Source: Candidatus Woesearchaeota archaeon CG10_big_fil_rev_8_21_14_0_10_37_12
GTDB taxonomy: Archaea > Nanobdellota > Nanobdellia > Woesearchaeales > ARS49
NCBI GenBank assembly: GCA_002762795.1
Contig: PCYA01000014.1
Location: forward strand, 73,205 to 137,204
DNA length: 64,000 bases
Direction: 5' to 3'
The notes under the pieces were generated by a model that did no database searches, was not told the origin of the DNA, and saw nothing but the letters and a program-made list of their open reading frames with translations. Shown here one piece after another: positions 37,895 through 47,764 of the stretch (position 1 is its first letter; every line of letters starts with the position of its first letter). The position numbers were made by a program, and so were the translations under genes.

Positions 37895-39981
37895 AACACG
37901 TCCAGCAATTGTTTTCCGTATCTTTGTGTTTTTGCTGGTCCAAATCCATGAACTGATTGCAGTTCAATTATATTCTGTGGTTTCATTTCTGCCAGCGAAT
38001 AGAGTGTTTTGTCATGCATTATTAAGAAAGCAGGAACGCCTAATTCGTTTGCTGTTTGTGTTCTCCATTCTTTAAGTTTTACTATCGTGTCTGCTGCGTG
38101 AATGGTCTTGCTACTTTGGATTTTATAGAGTGGTTTTTGTGATTCTTCGTTTGTTTTTGTCACGTGTTTTTGCATTTCTTGCGTGAAAAACCTGCTTAGT
38201 GTTCCTGTGTATGTTACATAGATGTGTTGTTTTGTTCTGCTTAGTGCAACGTAAAATAGACGTTTTTCTTCTTCTTCCTTGTCGTAGTCAACGTATTGAA
38301 TTAAGTCTATTATGGGGTGGTCTGATGTTTTGCAGGGAAAATAGTTTGTGTTGCAACCAGTTAAAAATACTGTTTCTGCTTCTAGTCCTTTGATTGCGTG
38401 GATTGTTGCAAGAGTGACTGCGCCGTTAACATCTTCGCTTGGATTTCGTAATTCGTCTGTTTTTACAATGTGTGGTATGTTGTGCGCTTTGAATTGTTCA
38501 GATAGTTGTGTGAGTTGTTTGTTTGTTCTGGCAAGTACAAATAGTTCATCTAAAGGACAGTCAGCATTTTTTATTTTGTCAATGATCAATGCGTTTTCTT
38601 CTTGTTCTGTGTTGCATTTGAGGAGGTAGATGTTGCTATCTTTAGCATTTAGGCTTTCTAAGTCTGGAAGGTGCATGTCTTTGATTGATTCATTAATAAA
38701 TTTGACAATTGGTTTTGTGCTTCGGTAATTAACTTGTAATGGTATGATGTTGCTATCCGGGTATTTTTCTTCAAAGTTGAGGATGTGTTGTATTTTTGAT
38801 CCTCTCCATCCGAAGATGCTTTGTCTGGGGTCTCCTACGCAGAATAGGTTTTCTGGATGTAATAATTTAAGGAGTTCTATTTGTGCTTCATTTACGTCTT
38901 GATACTCATCTACTAGGACGTGAGTATATTGAGTTATGTGCTGAGGGGATTTTTTGAAAAATGTGATTGTGTCTAAGAGTTGGTCTGTGAAGTCTCGCAG
39001 TCCGTTGTTTTTCATGTGATGTTCAAGAAAAGTGCACACTTTATGGATCATTTTTGCACTGTTTGCGTGTTTGTGATCTATGATAAATGGTTCTAAAGGT
39101 TTGTTTTGTAGTTTGAAATAATCAAGAATTGTAAAGCAGTCGTGCATTATGTTACGCATGAGTTGTTCTTCTGTTTTGCTTCTTTGTTGTCCGATTGTGT
39201 AATAAGTTTGTATCACGTTTTGAGGGTTGATGGAAAGATTGTTTAGTGCAAGTCTGAATGCGCGCATTTTGTCTGCATAGGTCATGACGTGAACAGGTTT
39301 TCCGTATATTTCTTGAGTGTATTTTCGTAATATTTTTTCGCAGAATGAATTGAATGTTTCCACATGGAAGTTTGTTGTTCCCAATCTGCGCATCATTTCT
39401 TGTCGTGCTTTTCGCGTGAATGTGATTGCGAGAATATTTTGTTCGTTTATTCCTTTGTATTTTGTTAAGAACTCGATGCGTTTTGTTAGCACTGTTGTTT
39501 TTCCTGATCCTGCGCCGGCAATGCAGAGAATGTGCTTTGCAGGAGATGTGATTGCTTTTTTTTGTGCTTCATTGAATTGGTTGAGAAAGAAGTCAAATGC
39601 GTTGAACAGTTCTTTTTCTTGTTTGCTGATTTGCAGTTCATATGTTTGTGCAGCGTGTGCAAGTTTCTTTTTGTGCAGTGTTGGACTTTTGAGTTCTTGT
39701 TTTCCTTTTTCTGTTAATTGAAGCACCTTTGCAAATGTGTTTGTTGGTATGGAAATTTGCTCAATGAGATTGTTTAATAACAGGTTTTGTAGGATGTCTG
39801 CAAGTTCTTCTTTCGTGTATGCCATGGTCGCATAGCTTGGAAGTTTTTGGAGTTTGTTACGTTCTATACTATCATTTGTTTTGCCTTGAAGAAAGGTTAT
39901 GAGTAGTTGTTTTCCTACAGGAAATGGTATTTCAGAAAGCGCTCGTAATATGGTCAGATAATCAAGCTCTTTTTTTGTCAT
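37885..39981 (-). CDS. UvrD/PcrA-family superfamily-1 helicase with an N-terminal winged-helix-like region and a C-terminal HRDC domain
   Basis: 698 aa. Walker A is CIAGAGSGKTTVL, the helicase DExx motif is VLVDEYQD, and the motif VI block is VALSRTK. The C-terminal ~70 aa (LGVPAFLIMHDKTLYSLAEMKPQ...LQSVHGFGPAKTQRYGKQLL) follow the HRDC pattern. Confidence 0.75.
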   Translation of the reverse strand: MTKKELDYLTILRALSEIPFPVGKQLLITFLQGKTNDSIERNKLQKLPSYATMAYTKEELADILQNLLLNNLIEQISIPTNTFAKVLQLTEKGKQELKSPTLHKKKLAHAAQTYELQISKQEKELFNAFDFFLNQFNEAQKKAITSPAKHILCIAGAGSGKTTVLTKRIEFLTKYKGINEQNILAITFTRKARQEMMRRLGTTNFHVETFNSFCEKILRKYTQEIYGKPVHVMTYADKMRAFRLALNNLSINPQNVIQTYYTIGQQRSKTEEQLMRNIMHDCFTILDYFKLQNKPLEPFIIDHKHANSAKMIHKVCTFLEHHMKNNGLRDFTDQLLDTITFFKKSPQHITQYTHVLVDEYQDVNEAQIELLKLLHPENLFCVGDPRQSIFGWRGSKIQHILNFEEKYPDSNIIPLQVNYRSTKPIVKFINESIKDMHLPDLESLNAKDSNIYLLKCNTEQEENALIIDKIKNADCPLDELFVLARTNKQLTQLSEQFKAHNIPHIVKTDELRNPSEDVNGAVTLATIHAIKGLEAETVFLTGCNTNYFPCKTSDHPIIDLIQYVDYDKEEEEKRLFYVALSRTKQHIYVTYTGTLSRFFTQEMQKHVTKTNEESQKPLYKIQSSKTIHAADTIVKLKEWRTQTANELGVPAFLIMHDKTLYSLAEMKPQNIIELQSVHGFGPAKTQRYGKQLLDVLWG

Positions 39982-40027
39982 GAACTTTCTGATTCTGACA
40001 TTTTAATAAATGTTGCTGTTTGTTTAT

Positions 40028-40753
40028 TCACTCTTTTGCCTCTTTCCAAAATCTTTCAAATAATTTCATATACGAATCTGCTGTTTCTTTACTTGTGATT
40101 AAGATGGCAAAAGGAGGCTTAGATGTGTACGTGACAATCAAAACCTTGTTTTTGTAAATCCATGTATCAGTTGGAAAATAGGAAATTGGTGTGAACTTTA
40201 ATTCCCCATATGTTATTTGTGTAACATCAACTCTCGGTCTGAAAGATTCATCATAAATAACCAAGGTCTTAATTTTTTTCTTTCTTTTTATGTCTTGATA
40301 TACTTTGTAATATGCTCCCATTGAATCAGCCATGTGTCCTGACGCAAAAACAACATGTTTATCTTTTGATGTTAGTTCTTTTAACATATTGTTCATTGCG
40401 GATTTAAGCCCTTTAACTCCCTCATAAATAGAAACTGTTTGTTTTGAAGCAGATTCTTTTTTCAGAATGTTTAATTCTGGAAGTAATGATTTTGCTAATT
40501 CTTGTTTCTCTTCCAAAAAATCCAGAAGTCGTGAAGGATCTACTGCCTGAAAATATTTTATGTTTTCTTTGATAACATATGAAGTGAGGCCTTTTTTTAT
40601 TAGAGATTCTAATGCGTCGTAGATAATGACTCTGTGCAAACCGGTTTTCTTTACAATCGCACCGGTTTTTGTTTCACCAATTTCTAACAACGCTCTGTAT
40701 GTGAGTGCTTCATTATGCGTTAATCCCAGTTCTTGTAATTGTTCGAGATTCAT
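40028..40753 (-). CDS. TrmB-family transcriptional regulator
   Basis: 241 aa with N-terminal LTHNEALTYRALLEIGETKTGAIVKKTGLHRVIIYDALESLIKKGL. Confidence 0.7.
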   Translation of the reverse strand: MNLEQLQELGLTHNEALTYRALLEIGETKTGAIVKKTGLHRVIIYDALESLIKKGLTSYVIKENIKYFQAVDPSRLLDFLEEKQELAKSLLPELNILKKESASKQTVSIYEGVKGLKSAMNNMLKELTSKDKHVVFASGHMADSMGAYYKVYQDIKRKKKIKTLVIYDESFRPRVDVTQITYGELKFTPISYFPTDTWIYKNKVLIVTYTSKPPFAILITSKETADSYMKLFERFWKEAKE

Positions 40754-40823
40754 ACTGCATAGCAGTTTGTACTCTTATTTAAAATTTGTTATTTGTTATC
40801 AATATTTTATAACAACAATTTAA

Positions 40824-41699
40824 ATGGCTGTTATTTTCAGCATTATTTGGTGGCTTACAATGACAGACAAGAAAACAGAAGAAAAACAAGTGTTAGAGAA
40901 ATTTGCAGAAGCAGCAACCTGCCAAGGGTTAAAAGCAAGGGAAGAACTACGACATGTTGTTGATTCTCCCGATATGAGCAAACCATATTATGCAATTTGT
41001 CTTGACGGATACTTTGATACTTCTCCTGGTATCATGCTCAAACCAAATCCTCATGCAGTCAGGTGGCTTGCACGCTTTGCAGAAGCGTATGATAAAGATC
41101 AAGGAACTGATGTTGTTTCTCAACTAAACAGACTGTATGTGCCAAGAGAAGAATTGTTATTAATGATTGAGCGTGATTGGCACGCAACAGACTGGAAACT
41201 ACCTGATTACATAGACTGGGCACAGCACTTCGTAGGACCTGGTAAACCATTCGAAACATCACCCATTCGTCCCAATTATATTTCATTTCCAGAATTTGTC
41301 TCGCTTCCAGAAAAACTCGTCGAAATAAAATACATAACGCGCTTTGAGATGGGAACAGGAAGAGAAACAAGACATCAATGGATAGTTGGATACGGAAAAT
41401 TAAACTCTATCCCAGTGCCAATAGGAGAACCACGCGTTTTTGAACTCAGACCCAGTGAGTTTTATACACAAAGAGAAAAGCCTCAAGAACTAAAATTTCC
41501 AAGAAGTTGGGAAAATGCCTGTACAGAAGTATTTCCAGACCGTGAAGAAAAAGAATACGCGATTGTCCTCGCAGCACCACCAGAAGCTGACAGTTACATG
41601 TTAGGAAATAGAAAAATACGTGCAAAACAAACAAAACGAGGAGACATCAAAAAAATAGAAAAAATATTCCAAGCAGTACAATATTACAAGACATCTTAA
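40824..41699 (+). CDS. Hypothetical protein (divergent from the TrmB gene)
   Basis: 291-aa ORF with no recognised motif. Confidence 0.4.
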   Translation: MAVIFSIIWWLTMTDKKTEEKQVLEKFAEAATCQGLKAREELRHVVDSPDMSKPYYAICLDGYFDTSPGIMLKPNPHAVRWLARFAEAYDKDQGTDVVSQLNRLYVPREELLLMIERDWHATDWKLPDYIDWAQHFVGPGKPFETSPIRPNYISFPEFVSLPEKLVEIKYITRFEMGTGRETRHQWIVGYGKLNSIPVPIGEPRVFELRPSEFYTQREKPQELKFPRSWENACTEVFPDREEKEYAIVLAAPPEADSYMLGNRKIRAKQTKRGDIKKIEKIFQAVQYYKTS

Positions 41700-41771
41700 C
41701 CCAACGAAGAATCTTTTCGTTTTCTTCATCAATAGAACTCCCATTAACTGCATAACGACCAAGTAAAAAAA

Positions 41772-42527
41772 TTATTTTTTAGCCCTTTCCCATATATCAT
41801 TGAAATGGTTTGTGTAAATTTCTGCTAATTTTTTGTTTTGTATTTTGAATGATATTAATCGTCCTTCATCAGATATGTGTGTAACAACAGTATCTTTGTA
41901 AATAGTTATTCCTACAGGTATTTTTTCTTTTGTATAAAGCATAATGTTGTTAAATCTGTTGCCATACATTTCGTGAAACATTTCTTTCATTGTTTCTGGC
42001 GCAAGAAGTCTTAATTTGATTCCTCTTTCTTTGATGCGTTTATTGTGTTGAATAAAAAATAAACGCAGGTTTTTTGGCTCTCTTGCTGTTTGTCCAACAA
42101 CAAATGCTTGATAAGTGTCGCCTTTTTTGAGTCTTTTCAATAACTCTGCAAAAATCATTTGAAATCCTTTGAATCCTTCATAGACTTCCATTATTGTTCT
42201 GTCTCTGAAGAGTTTTTGTTGTTGTTTGAGTTCAGGTAGTATTTGTTTGATTTGTTCTTTTTGTTCTTGTAATTCTGCAATTTTATTCTCGAGTAATGCA
42301 GGCAAGTTTTCTGGATCAATTGCGGAAAACTGCTTTCTATTTCCTTTCAGGGCATAAGTAATAAGCCCTTTTTCCATTAATGTATTCAGGCAATAATAAA
42401 CGCTTGAACTTTGCAGTCCTGAATGTTTTGCAATCGGGCTATTTGTGCTTGGACCTAATTTCAAAAGAGTTAGATAAACTTCTATTTCGCCGTCTGTTAA
42501 TCCCAGGCTTTTCAATTCCTCTATCAT
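41772..42527 (-). CDS. TrmB-family transcriptional regulator
   Basis: 251 aa with N-terminal LTDGEIEVYLTLLKLGPSTNSPIAKHSGLQSSSVYYCLNTLMEKGLI. Confidence 0.7.
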   Translation of the reverse strand: MIEELKSLGLTDGEIEVYLTLLKLGPSTNSPIAKHSGLQSSSVYYCLNTLMEKGLITYALKGNRKQFSAIDPENLPALLENKIAELQEQKEQIKQILPELKQQQKLFRDRTIMEVYEGFKGFQMIFAELLKRLKKGDTYQAFVVGQTAREPKNLRLFFIQHNKRIKERGIKLRLLAPETMKEMFHEMYGNRFNNIMLYTKEKIPVGITIYKDTVVTHISDEGRLISFKIQNKKLAEIYTNHFNDIWERAKK

Positions 42528-42540
42528 TCAACAGTTACTG

Positions 42541-43665
42541 TTGAATGAAAGTTTATATGCTTTGTGGTTTTTACAACACGTAATGAAAGTGATGACAACA
42601 TTAATGACGACCGTGCTTGTGTTAATTCTGATTAGTTGCACTACAAATAATGAAACAATCAAAATCGGGGGAGTGTTTCATTTAACAGGCCCTGCTGCTG
42701 TTTGGGGCGAGGGCGAGATGAATGCTGCTGCTTTGGCTGTAGAAGAGATTAACAATGCAGGCGGAATTAATGGAAAACAAACAGAACTTATTATCGAGGA
42801 TTCTAAAACTGATTTTACTACAACAACTACTGCGTTCAGAAAACTAATTGAGTTAGATGAAATAAAAATGATTGTTGGTCCTACTTGGTTTGGGCAAGTT
42901 GCGTATCAAATTGCGGATGAAACGGGAACAATAATTATTTCTCCGTCGACAGGAACAAGTACGCCATCAACAATCTATTTTTTCAATTTGTGGCCGCATG
43001 AACGAGCACAAATCATTCCTGAAATAGAATATATGAAAACAGAAGGAATTAAAAAAATCGCAATTGTACATACCACAAATGAATGGTCTGAATCAATGAA
43101 GCAAAATTTTGTTGATGAAGCAAGAAAACAGAATTTAACAATTGTTAAAGAGTTTGGCTCTGCTCCTGATGAACAGGATTTCAAAACAATCATTACGCAA
43201 TTAAAACAGTTGGATATTGATGTAGTGTATGCTCCGTTTGCGTTTTACCCATCACAAGGCGCGTTTAGTAAGCAAGCTAAAGAGTTAGGGTTAACAATTC
43301 CAATTTATTCTACAGATGGAACAGAAAATGTCGAGTTGCTAACTGCATTTCCTGAAATTGAAGGAACTATTTACCCTTATCGAACAAAAGGGCCAAGAGA
43401 AGATGAGTTTATTTCGAACTACAGAGCAAAGTTCAATAAAGATCCTTCTCCAGCGTCAGCGTATGCGTATGATGCTGTTATGTTGCTTGTAGGTACGCTA
43501 AAAGAGGGGAAACAAAGCCCTGATGAAATTGCTGATTATTTGCGCTCAATTAAAAATCATATTGGTGCGTCAAACAGAATCACATTTGATGAATTTGGAA
43601 GAGTTGCTGAAAAACCTTACGAGATGAAAATTGTTGAAAATAACTCGTTCATAATAATATCTTAA
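42541..43665 (+). CDS. LivK-like substrate-binding lipoprotein, orphan (module 4)
   Basis: The likely true start is at the internal Met near 42583 (MKVMTTLMTTVLVLILISC, lipobox LISC). IKIGGVFHLTGPAAVWG...ALAVEEINNAGGINGKQTELIIEDSKTD matches the family signature. Confidence 0.7.
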   Translation: MNESLYALWFLQHVMKVMTTLMTTVLVLILISCTTNNETIKIGGVFHLTGPAAVWGEGEMNAAALAVEEINNAGGINGKQTELIIEDSKTDFTTTTTAFRKLIELDEIKMIVGPTWFGQVAYQIADETGTIIISPSTGTSTPSTIYFFNLWPHERAQIIPEIEYMKTEGIKKIAIVHTTNEWSESMKQNFVDEARKQNLTIVKEFGSAPDEQDFKTIITQLKQLDIDVVYAPFAFYPSQGAFSKQAKELGLTIPIYSTDGTENVELLTAFPEIEGTIYPYRTKGPREDEFISNYRAKFNKDPSPASAYAYDAVMLLVGTLKEGKQSPDEIADYLRSIKNHIGASNRITFDEFGRVAEKPYEMKIVENNSFIIIS

Positions 43666-43848
43666 GGCAACTTTGAATTAATCAGTTTTTTGGTGAATGG
43701 CGTGAACGCCCTGTGATTTTTGTCGTCGGTATTCAAAGTTGGCTTAGGGAACTTTGAGGTATTTTTATTAATTTTTCAAAGTTCCCTTAATTTTATCTTC
43801 GTCTTGTGGTTACACATTTTTTTATAAGATGGCTGTTTTAATTTTGTT

Positions 43849-44274
43849 ATGAAAGGGTGGTATGTATTTTTATTGCTTGCATTAGTCGCGTGCTCTACGC
43901 CTGAGCAATTGACAGCTCAAGTAGTTCAGGAATCACCGCAGCAAGTTGAGCCAACAAAACCTGTGCAACAGACTGCGCAAGCAACTGTTTGTACGCCTTC
44001 AAGAAGTATTGGTGAAGCGTGCAAGCAGGATTGTAATTGTCTTGAACCAAGTAACTGTGTTAATGGCGTTTGCCGTTTGACTTATTTGAGAAAAGGCGAA
44101 CAGTGTGTTGAAAATGAGCAGTGTTTAACAAATTATTGCACGAATGATTACAAATGCGGAGTTATATCAGGGGAAACGAAAACAGTCCATTGCAAACGTC
44201 AATGTTCTGATTATTATGATCGCAGTGAGAGATGTTTTACCATGTGCGAGGAATCTTTTTCAGAAAAAGTTTAA
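43849..44274 (+). CDS. Small Cys-rich secreted lipoprotein
   Basis: 141 aa with lipobox LVAC and about 16 Cys arranged in repeated CxxxC/CxNxxC spacings. Confidence 0.45.
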   Translation: MKGWYVFLLLALVACSTPEQLTAQVVQESPQQVEPTKPVQQTAQATVCTPSRSIGEACKQDCNCLEPSNCVNGVCRLTYLRKGEQCVENEQCLTNYCTNDYKCGVISGETKTVHCKRQCSDYYDRSERCFTMCEESFSEKV

Positions 44275-44364
44275 GAATGGTTTGTAAATCAAAGTTTTAT
44301 GGAGTAAATATTTTCGGATATTTAGAAGATTACAGTTATAAACGAAAGGGTTCACGAATAAAAA

Positions 44365-45162
44365 ATGAGCGATAGAAGAACGTTGGATTGTGTTGTAGCT
44401 GCTGTGCAAGGGTTCTGGTCAGATGATGGCTGGGTTGATTGCCTTACTGGAGATGAAAATCCTTTGCCTGAACGAACTTTAGATAAAGGCAAAATTTATC
44501 ATTTTGGTAGGGGAACGCAGTCAGATCGTTTTGTTGAACTAAGTACCTCGCATGAAAGTATTGAACAAGGAGCTCATTTTAATTTAGTGCGAGGTCGCTA
44601 TTGGGAGTTACGTTCTGACGTTGATAGACCGTTAGTTGTTGAAAAAATTGATAAAGGAAAAAAGCGGGTTTTTGTGCTTGGTGCTTGTGAAGATAATAAC
44701 ACAGATAGGTATGTCAGCGTGTTTAAAACAGTTGGAAGGCCAAAAGAAGATGCTCAACAACTCAAGTTAGGAGTAACATTTAAGGAGAGGCTTTCTGATA
44801 ATGGTTTTCTTGTTTGTCAGTATCGTGTTATTGAGAGAACAAAAGATCAGTTGTATGCGTACCGAACTTACAAAGGAGCAAAAGATAATGGACTTTTTAA
44901 GTTAACAGAATTCGAGCTTGCGGGTGATCAGAGAACTTGGCTTGAAGTTCCAAAGGATGAGCGACAGCCTGTTCCGTATGTGCTCATTAACGAAAGAGGA
45001 TTGAGCATACCATTGCAAAAGGGTTCATTATATCATGTATATCCACTGTGCGATGTTGCATTAGTTGATGGTAAGTCAATGAGAGTTTGTACATACAACA
45101 CTAATGGGAACGATATGCGAGTTGAGTTGCAAGTAAAAAATTCTGCAAGTTTAGCACAGTAA
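44365..45162 (+). CDS. Hypothetical protein
   Basis: 265-aa ORF with no recognised motif. It is on the same strand as, and adjacent to, 45210-46583. Confidence 0.4.
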   Translation: MSDRRTLDCVVAAVQGFWSDDGWVDCLTGDENPLPERTLDKGKIYHFGRGTQSDRFVELSTSHESIEQGAHFNLVRGRYWELRSDVDRPLVVEKIDKGKKRVFVLGACEDNNTDRYVSVFKTVGRPKEDAQQLKLGVTFKERLSDNGFLVCQYRVIERTKDQLYAYRTYKGAKDNGLFKLTEFELAGDQRTWLEVPKDERQPVPYVLINERGLSIPLQKGSLYHVYPLCDVALVDGKSMRVCTYNTNGNDMRVELQVKNSASLAQ

Positions 45163-45209
45163 CGATTAGTTTTTAAAGTCAATTAGCAATTATCAGTTGA
45201 GGGATTCAT

Positions 45210-46583
45210 TTGGGACATTTCAAAGACGAAATTTTAATTTCTTTGGCAGAGAATGGAAATATTGCTCAATTTGTGAGTTATGATCCTAAAGGAAATCAGC
45301 GTTTTTCTTGTGTGAATGGGTTTCAAACAAATCATAAGTTTGCTTCAATTGAAGAAAGCGTAAAAATTTTGTTTGATAAAGCACAGGATGGTGAATTGGA
45401 AATCAGATCTTTTAAACCAGATGATCCGAAGGGCCAGCCATTTATTCGTCATTTAACAACTGTTAAAGAAACGGTTGCAAAAGCAAAAGAGATGCTTGAG
45501 CAAGGTCTGTTCATCATCATTCATGAAGAAGTTGAAGACGCAGGAAAAACTTCTGGTGTGTTGCTTGGCAATGTAATTGAGTTTGCTCCGTTGACTACAC
45601 CTCGTTGTGTTGAGCTGGCTGAGACAGATAAACAAGGGTTTGCTGCATCGCTTCCTAAAAATATTGCGTTAAAGTTTTTTGAAAAAATTTATGGGTTTAT
45701 TCCTAGTTTGAATTTTCCTGATGATATGCGTGTTGAATTTAGTTTGTTGCCAAAACCGTATGGCCATAAGCAAGATCATGTAATGACTTGGGAGTTAGAG
45801 AATGTTGGAAATACAAAAACAGTCGCTTCGTGGGATTGGCCGAACAGGTTTAGCAAGTTTATCGGTGATAAAACCTATGGTTTGTTGATAGCTGATGTGC
45901 TTGGTTTGCTTGTTCCAAGAACGCAAGTTATTGGCAGGGAAGTGTTTTTTGTTTTTGGCACGCCAACTGGTTCTGCTGTTAAGTGGACGCGTACTGCTCC
46001 TGCTGAACAAACGCCGGGCAAGTTTACAACAATAAGAGGTTATGTTGATCCGTTTGAATTGCTGAAAAAAGAGGATGAGAATAAAGCAATAGCTGCTGTT
46101 CTTGTGCAGGACGAAGTTCCGTTTGAGTATTCTGGGACTGTTTCTATCAAATCAGACAACTCTTTGTTAATTGAGGGTGTAAAAGGGCAAGGTGATAATT
46201 TTATGCTTGGCAAGCAATCTCCAGATGATCTTCCTGAAACAGTTGTGCAAGCATTAGAAAAACTTTGTTATCAAGCAAAAAACATTCTCGGACCTGTTCG
46301 CATGGAGTGGGTGTTTGATGGCAAACAAGCTTGGGTTGTGCAATTGCATAAATGTGAAGTGCAGTCAAAAGATGATGTGATTGTTCCTGGCAATCCAGAA
46401 AAGTGGAAGCAGTTTGTTTTAACTGAAGATAAGGGTCTTGAAGAATTAAGAAAGTTTAGCGAGCAAGCAAAGCAAGGAGGTTTTGGTGTTGAGGTTGTTG
46501 GCAATTTTGGTTTAACAAGTCATGTTGGTGATATTTTAAGAAAAGCAAATGTTCCTGCTAAGAGAGTTAAGCTGAAGAGTTAA
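45210..46583 (+). CDS. Hypothetical protein
   Basis: 457-aa ORF with no recognised motif. Confidence 0.4.
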   Translation: MGHFKDEILISLAENGNIAQFVSYDPKGNQRFSCVNGFQTNHKFASIEESVKILFDKAQDGELEIRSFKPDDPKGQPFIRHLTTVKETVAKAKEMLEQGLFIIIHEEVEDAGKTSGVLLGNVIEFAPLTTPRCVELAETDKQGFAASLPKNIALKFFEKIYGFIPSLNFPDDMRVEFSLLPKPYGHKQDHVMTWELENVGNTKTVASWDWPNRFSKFIGDKTYGLLIADVLGLLVPRTQVIGREVFFVFGTPTGSAVKWTRTAPAEQTPGKFTTIRGYVDPFELLKKEDENKAIAAVLVQDEVPFEYSGTVSIKSDNSLLIEGVKGQGDNFMLGKQSPDDLPETVVQALEKLCYQAKNILGPVRMEWVFDGKQAWVVQLHKCEVQSKDDVIVPGNPEKWKQFVLTEDKGLEELRKFSEQAKQGGFGVEVVGNFGLTSHVGDILRKANVPAKRVKLKS

Positions 46584-46665
46584 CTTTTTAAAGCTCTGTT
46601 TTTCTGTTTGTGTTGTCCTTGCTGCTTATGGTCTGCAAAGACGCAAGTAGCGCCTTAGGACAATT

Positions 46666-46762
46666 GCCGAAGTAGTATAGTCCGGTCAAGTATGCGGCCC
46701 TCTCGAATACAATAAAAGTATAGAGTCCGGCTGAAACCCGGGTTCGAATCCCGGCTTCGGCA
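46666..46762 (+). tRNA. tRNA-like gene with a ~25-nt insertion (probable non-canonical intron). Structure and anticodon are unresolved; one candidate is GAA (Phe).
   Basis: Perfect 7-bp acceptor GCCGAAG/CUUCGGC with discriminator A, and a canonical T-arm CCGGG-UUCGAAU-CCCGG. A Phe-like anticodon hairpin UCCGG-CUGAAAC-CCGGG is present but overlaps the T-stem. There is an internal near-duplication (AGTATAGTCCGG ... AGTATAGAGTCCGG). No standard cloverleaf can be drawn without removing an insertion. Confidence 0.45.
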
Positions 46763-46775
46763 TATTACATCAAAA

Positions 46776-46970
46776 ATGGAAAAATACAAAAGATTCCTTA
46801 GAAAAATCAAATGGTTTTTAGACTTTGCATCAAAACTTACGATAGGTGTTGCCGGTGGCTTAACAGTTATTTCAGCAACAAAAGGAGCATCTTATTTTCT
46901 ATTAGCAGTTTGGGCATTAACACTTTTTGCTGGCATAGGAGCTTGTTTTTTACTTGATCAAGTAGATTAG
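46776..46970 (+). CDS. Hypothetical small membrane protein
   Basis: 64-aa ORF with two hydrophobic helices. Confidence 0.3.
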   Translation: MEKYKRFLRKIKWFLDFASKLTIGVAGGLTVISATKGASYFLLAVWALTLFAGIGACFLLDQVD

Positions 46971-47764
46971 TTTTGCTTTGTCCCTTCCACAAACCAGTCC
47001 CACATTTTTGGTTTGCCTGAGAATGCGATGTATCCTGATACGTCTCTTCCCCACGGATAGTACACTTTGCTTAATGTAATGTTCTTAAATCCTGCGTCTT
47101 TTAATCTAACGTCTAATTCAAATCCGTAATAGAATTTTTGTACTGTTCCTTCATAAGTGTATGTTGCTTTGACGAAATCGTGTTGTTTTTCTTCGAGTAA
47201 TTGTTTTGTTTTTTTGCGTGCTTTTTGTTCGTCTTTTTCTTCTGCTATTTGGCTGTCGAGAATGAGCATTCCCTGATATAATACTGCGTCCATTGATGGA
47301 AATATGCCAAAGAATTTGCCGTTTGGTTTCAAAACAGAATGTAGTGCTTCAAGGGCGGTTTTCACATCAGTAATTGTTGGTCCTAATACTGAATTTATTG
47401 CGAGCACAACATCAAATTTTTGTTTGTATTTGTCGAGTTGAGAAAAGGAGTTCACACCATAGGTTATGTTTTTTGCCGAATTTATTTTCTTTGCTTCTTT
47501 GATCATTTCAGGAGAAAAATCAAAGGCGTAAACGTGTTTGAATTGTTTTGCAAGTTTGTCCAGTATTTCTCCTCGTCCACAGCCTATGTCTGCTATTGTT
47601 TTGTTTTTCTTGTCAGGAATTTTGTTTAATTTTCGAAATAAGGGATTGTTTACTCCTTTGCGTAATGGGCTGACTATTTCTTCATGGTATATTTTTGCTA
47701 TTTTATCCCAATCTTTTGGTTTCATTTTTCTTGCATCTCCCGTTTTTGTGTGTATTTTTTCCAA
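46967..47764 (-). CDS. Class I SAM-dependent methyltransferase
   Basis: Motif I IADIGCGRGEIL, the acidic motif II region YAFDFS, and motif III VLAINSVLG. Confidence 0.75.
   Translation of the reverse strand: MEKIHTKTGDARKMKPKDWDKIAKIYHEEIVSPLRKGVNNPLFRKLNKIPDKKNKTIADIGCGRGEILDKLAKQFKHVYAFDFSPEMIKEAKKINSAKNITYGVNSFSQLDKYKQKFDVVLAINSVLGPTITDVKTALEALHSVLKPNGKFFGIFPSMDAVLYQGMLILDSQIAEEKDEQKARKKTKQLLEEKQHDFVKATYTYEGTVQKFYYGFELDVRLKDAGFKNITLSKVYYPWGRDVSGYIAFSGKPKMWDWFVEGTKQN

Noticed and set aside
44365-46583. Possibility that the two hypothetical proteins form a defence or toxin module
   Set aside because: No nuclease, ATPase or other diagnostic motif was found in either protein. They are left as hypothetical proteins.
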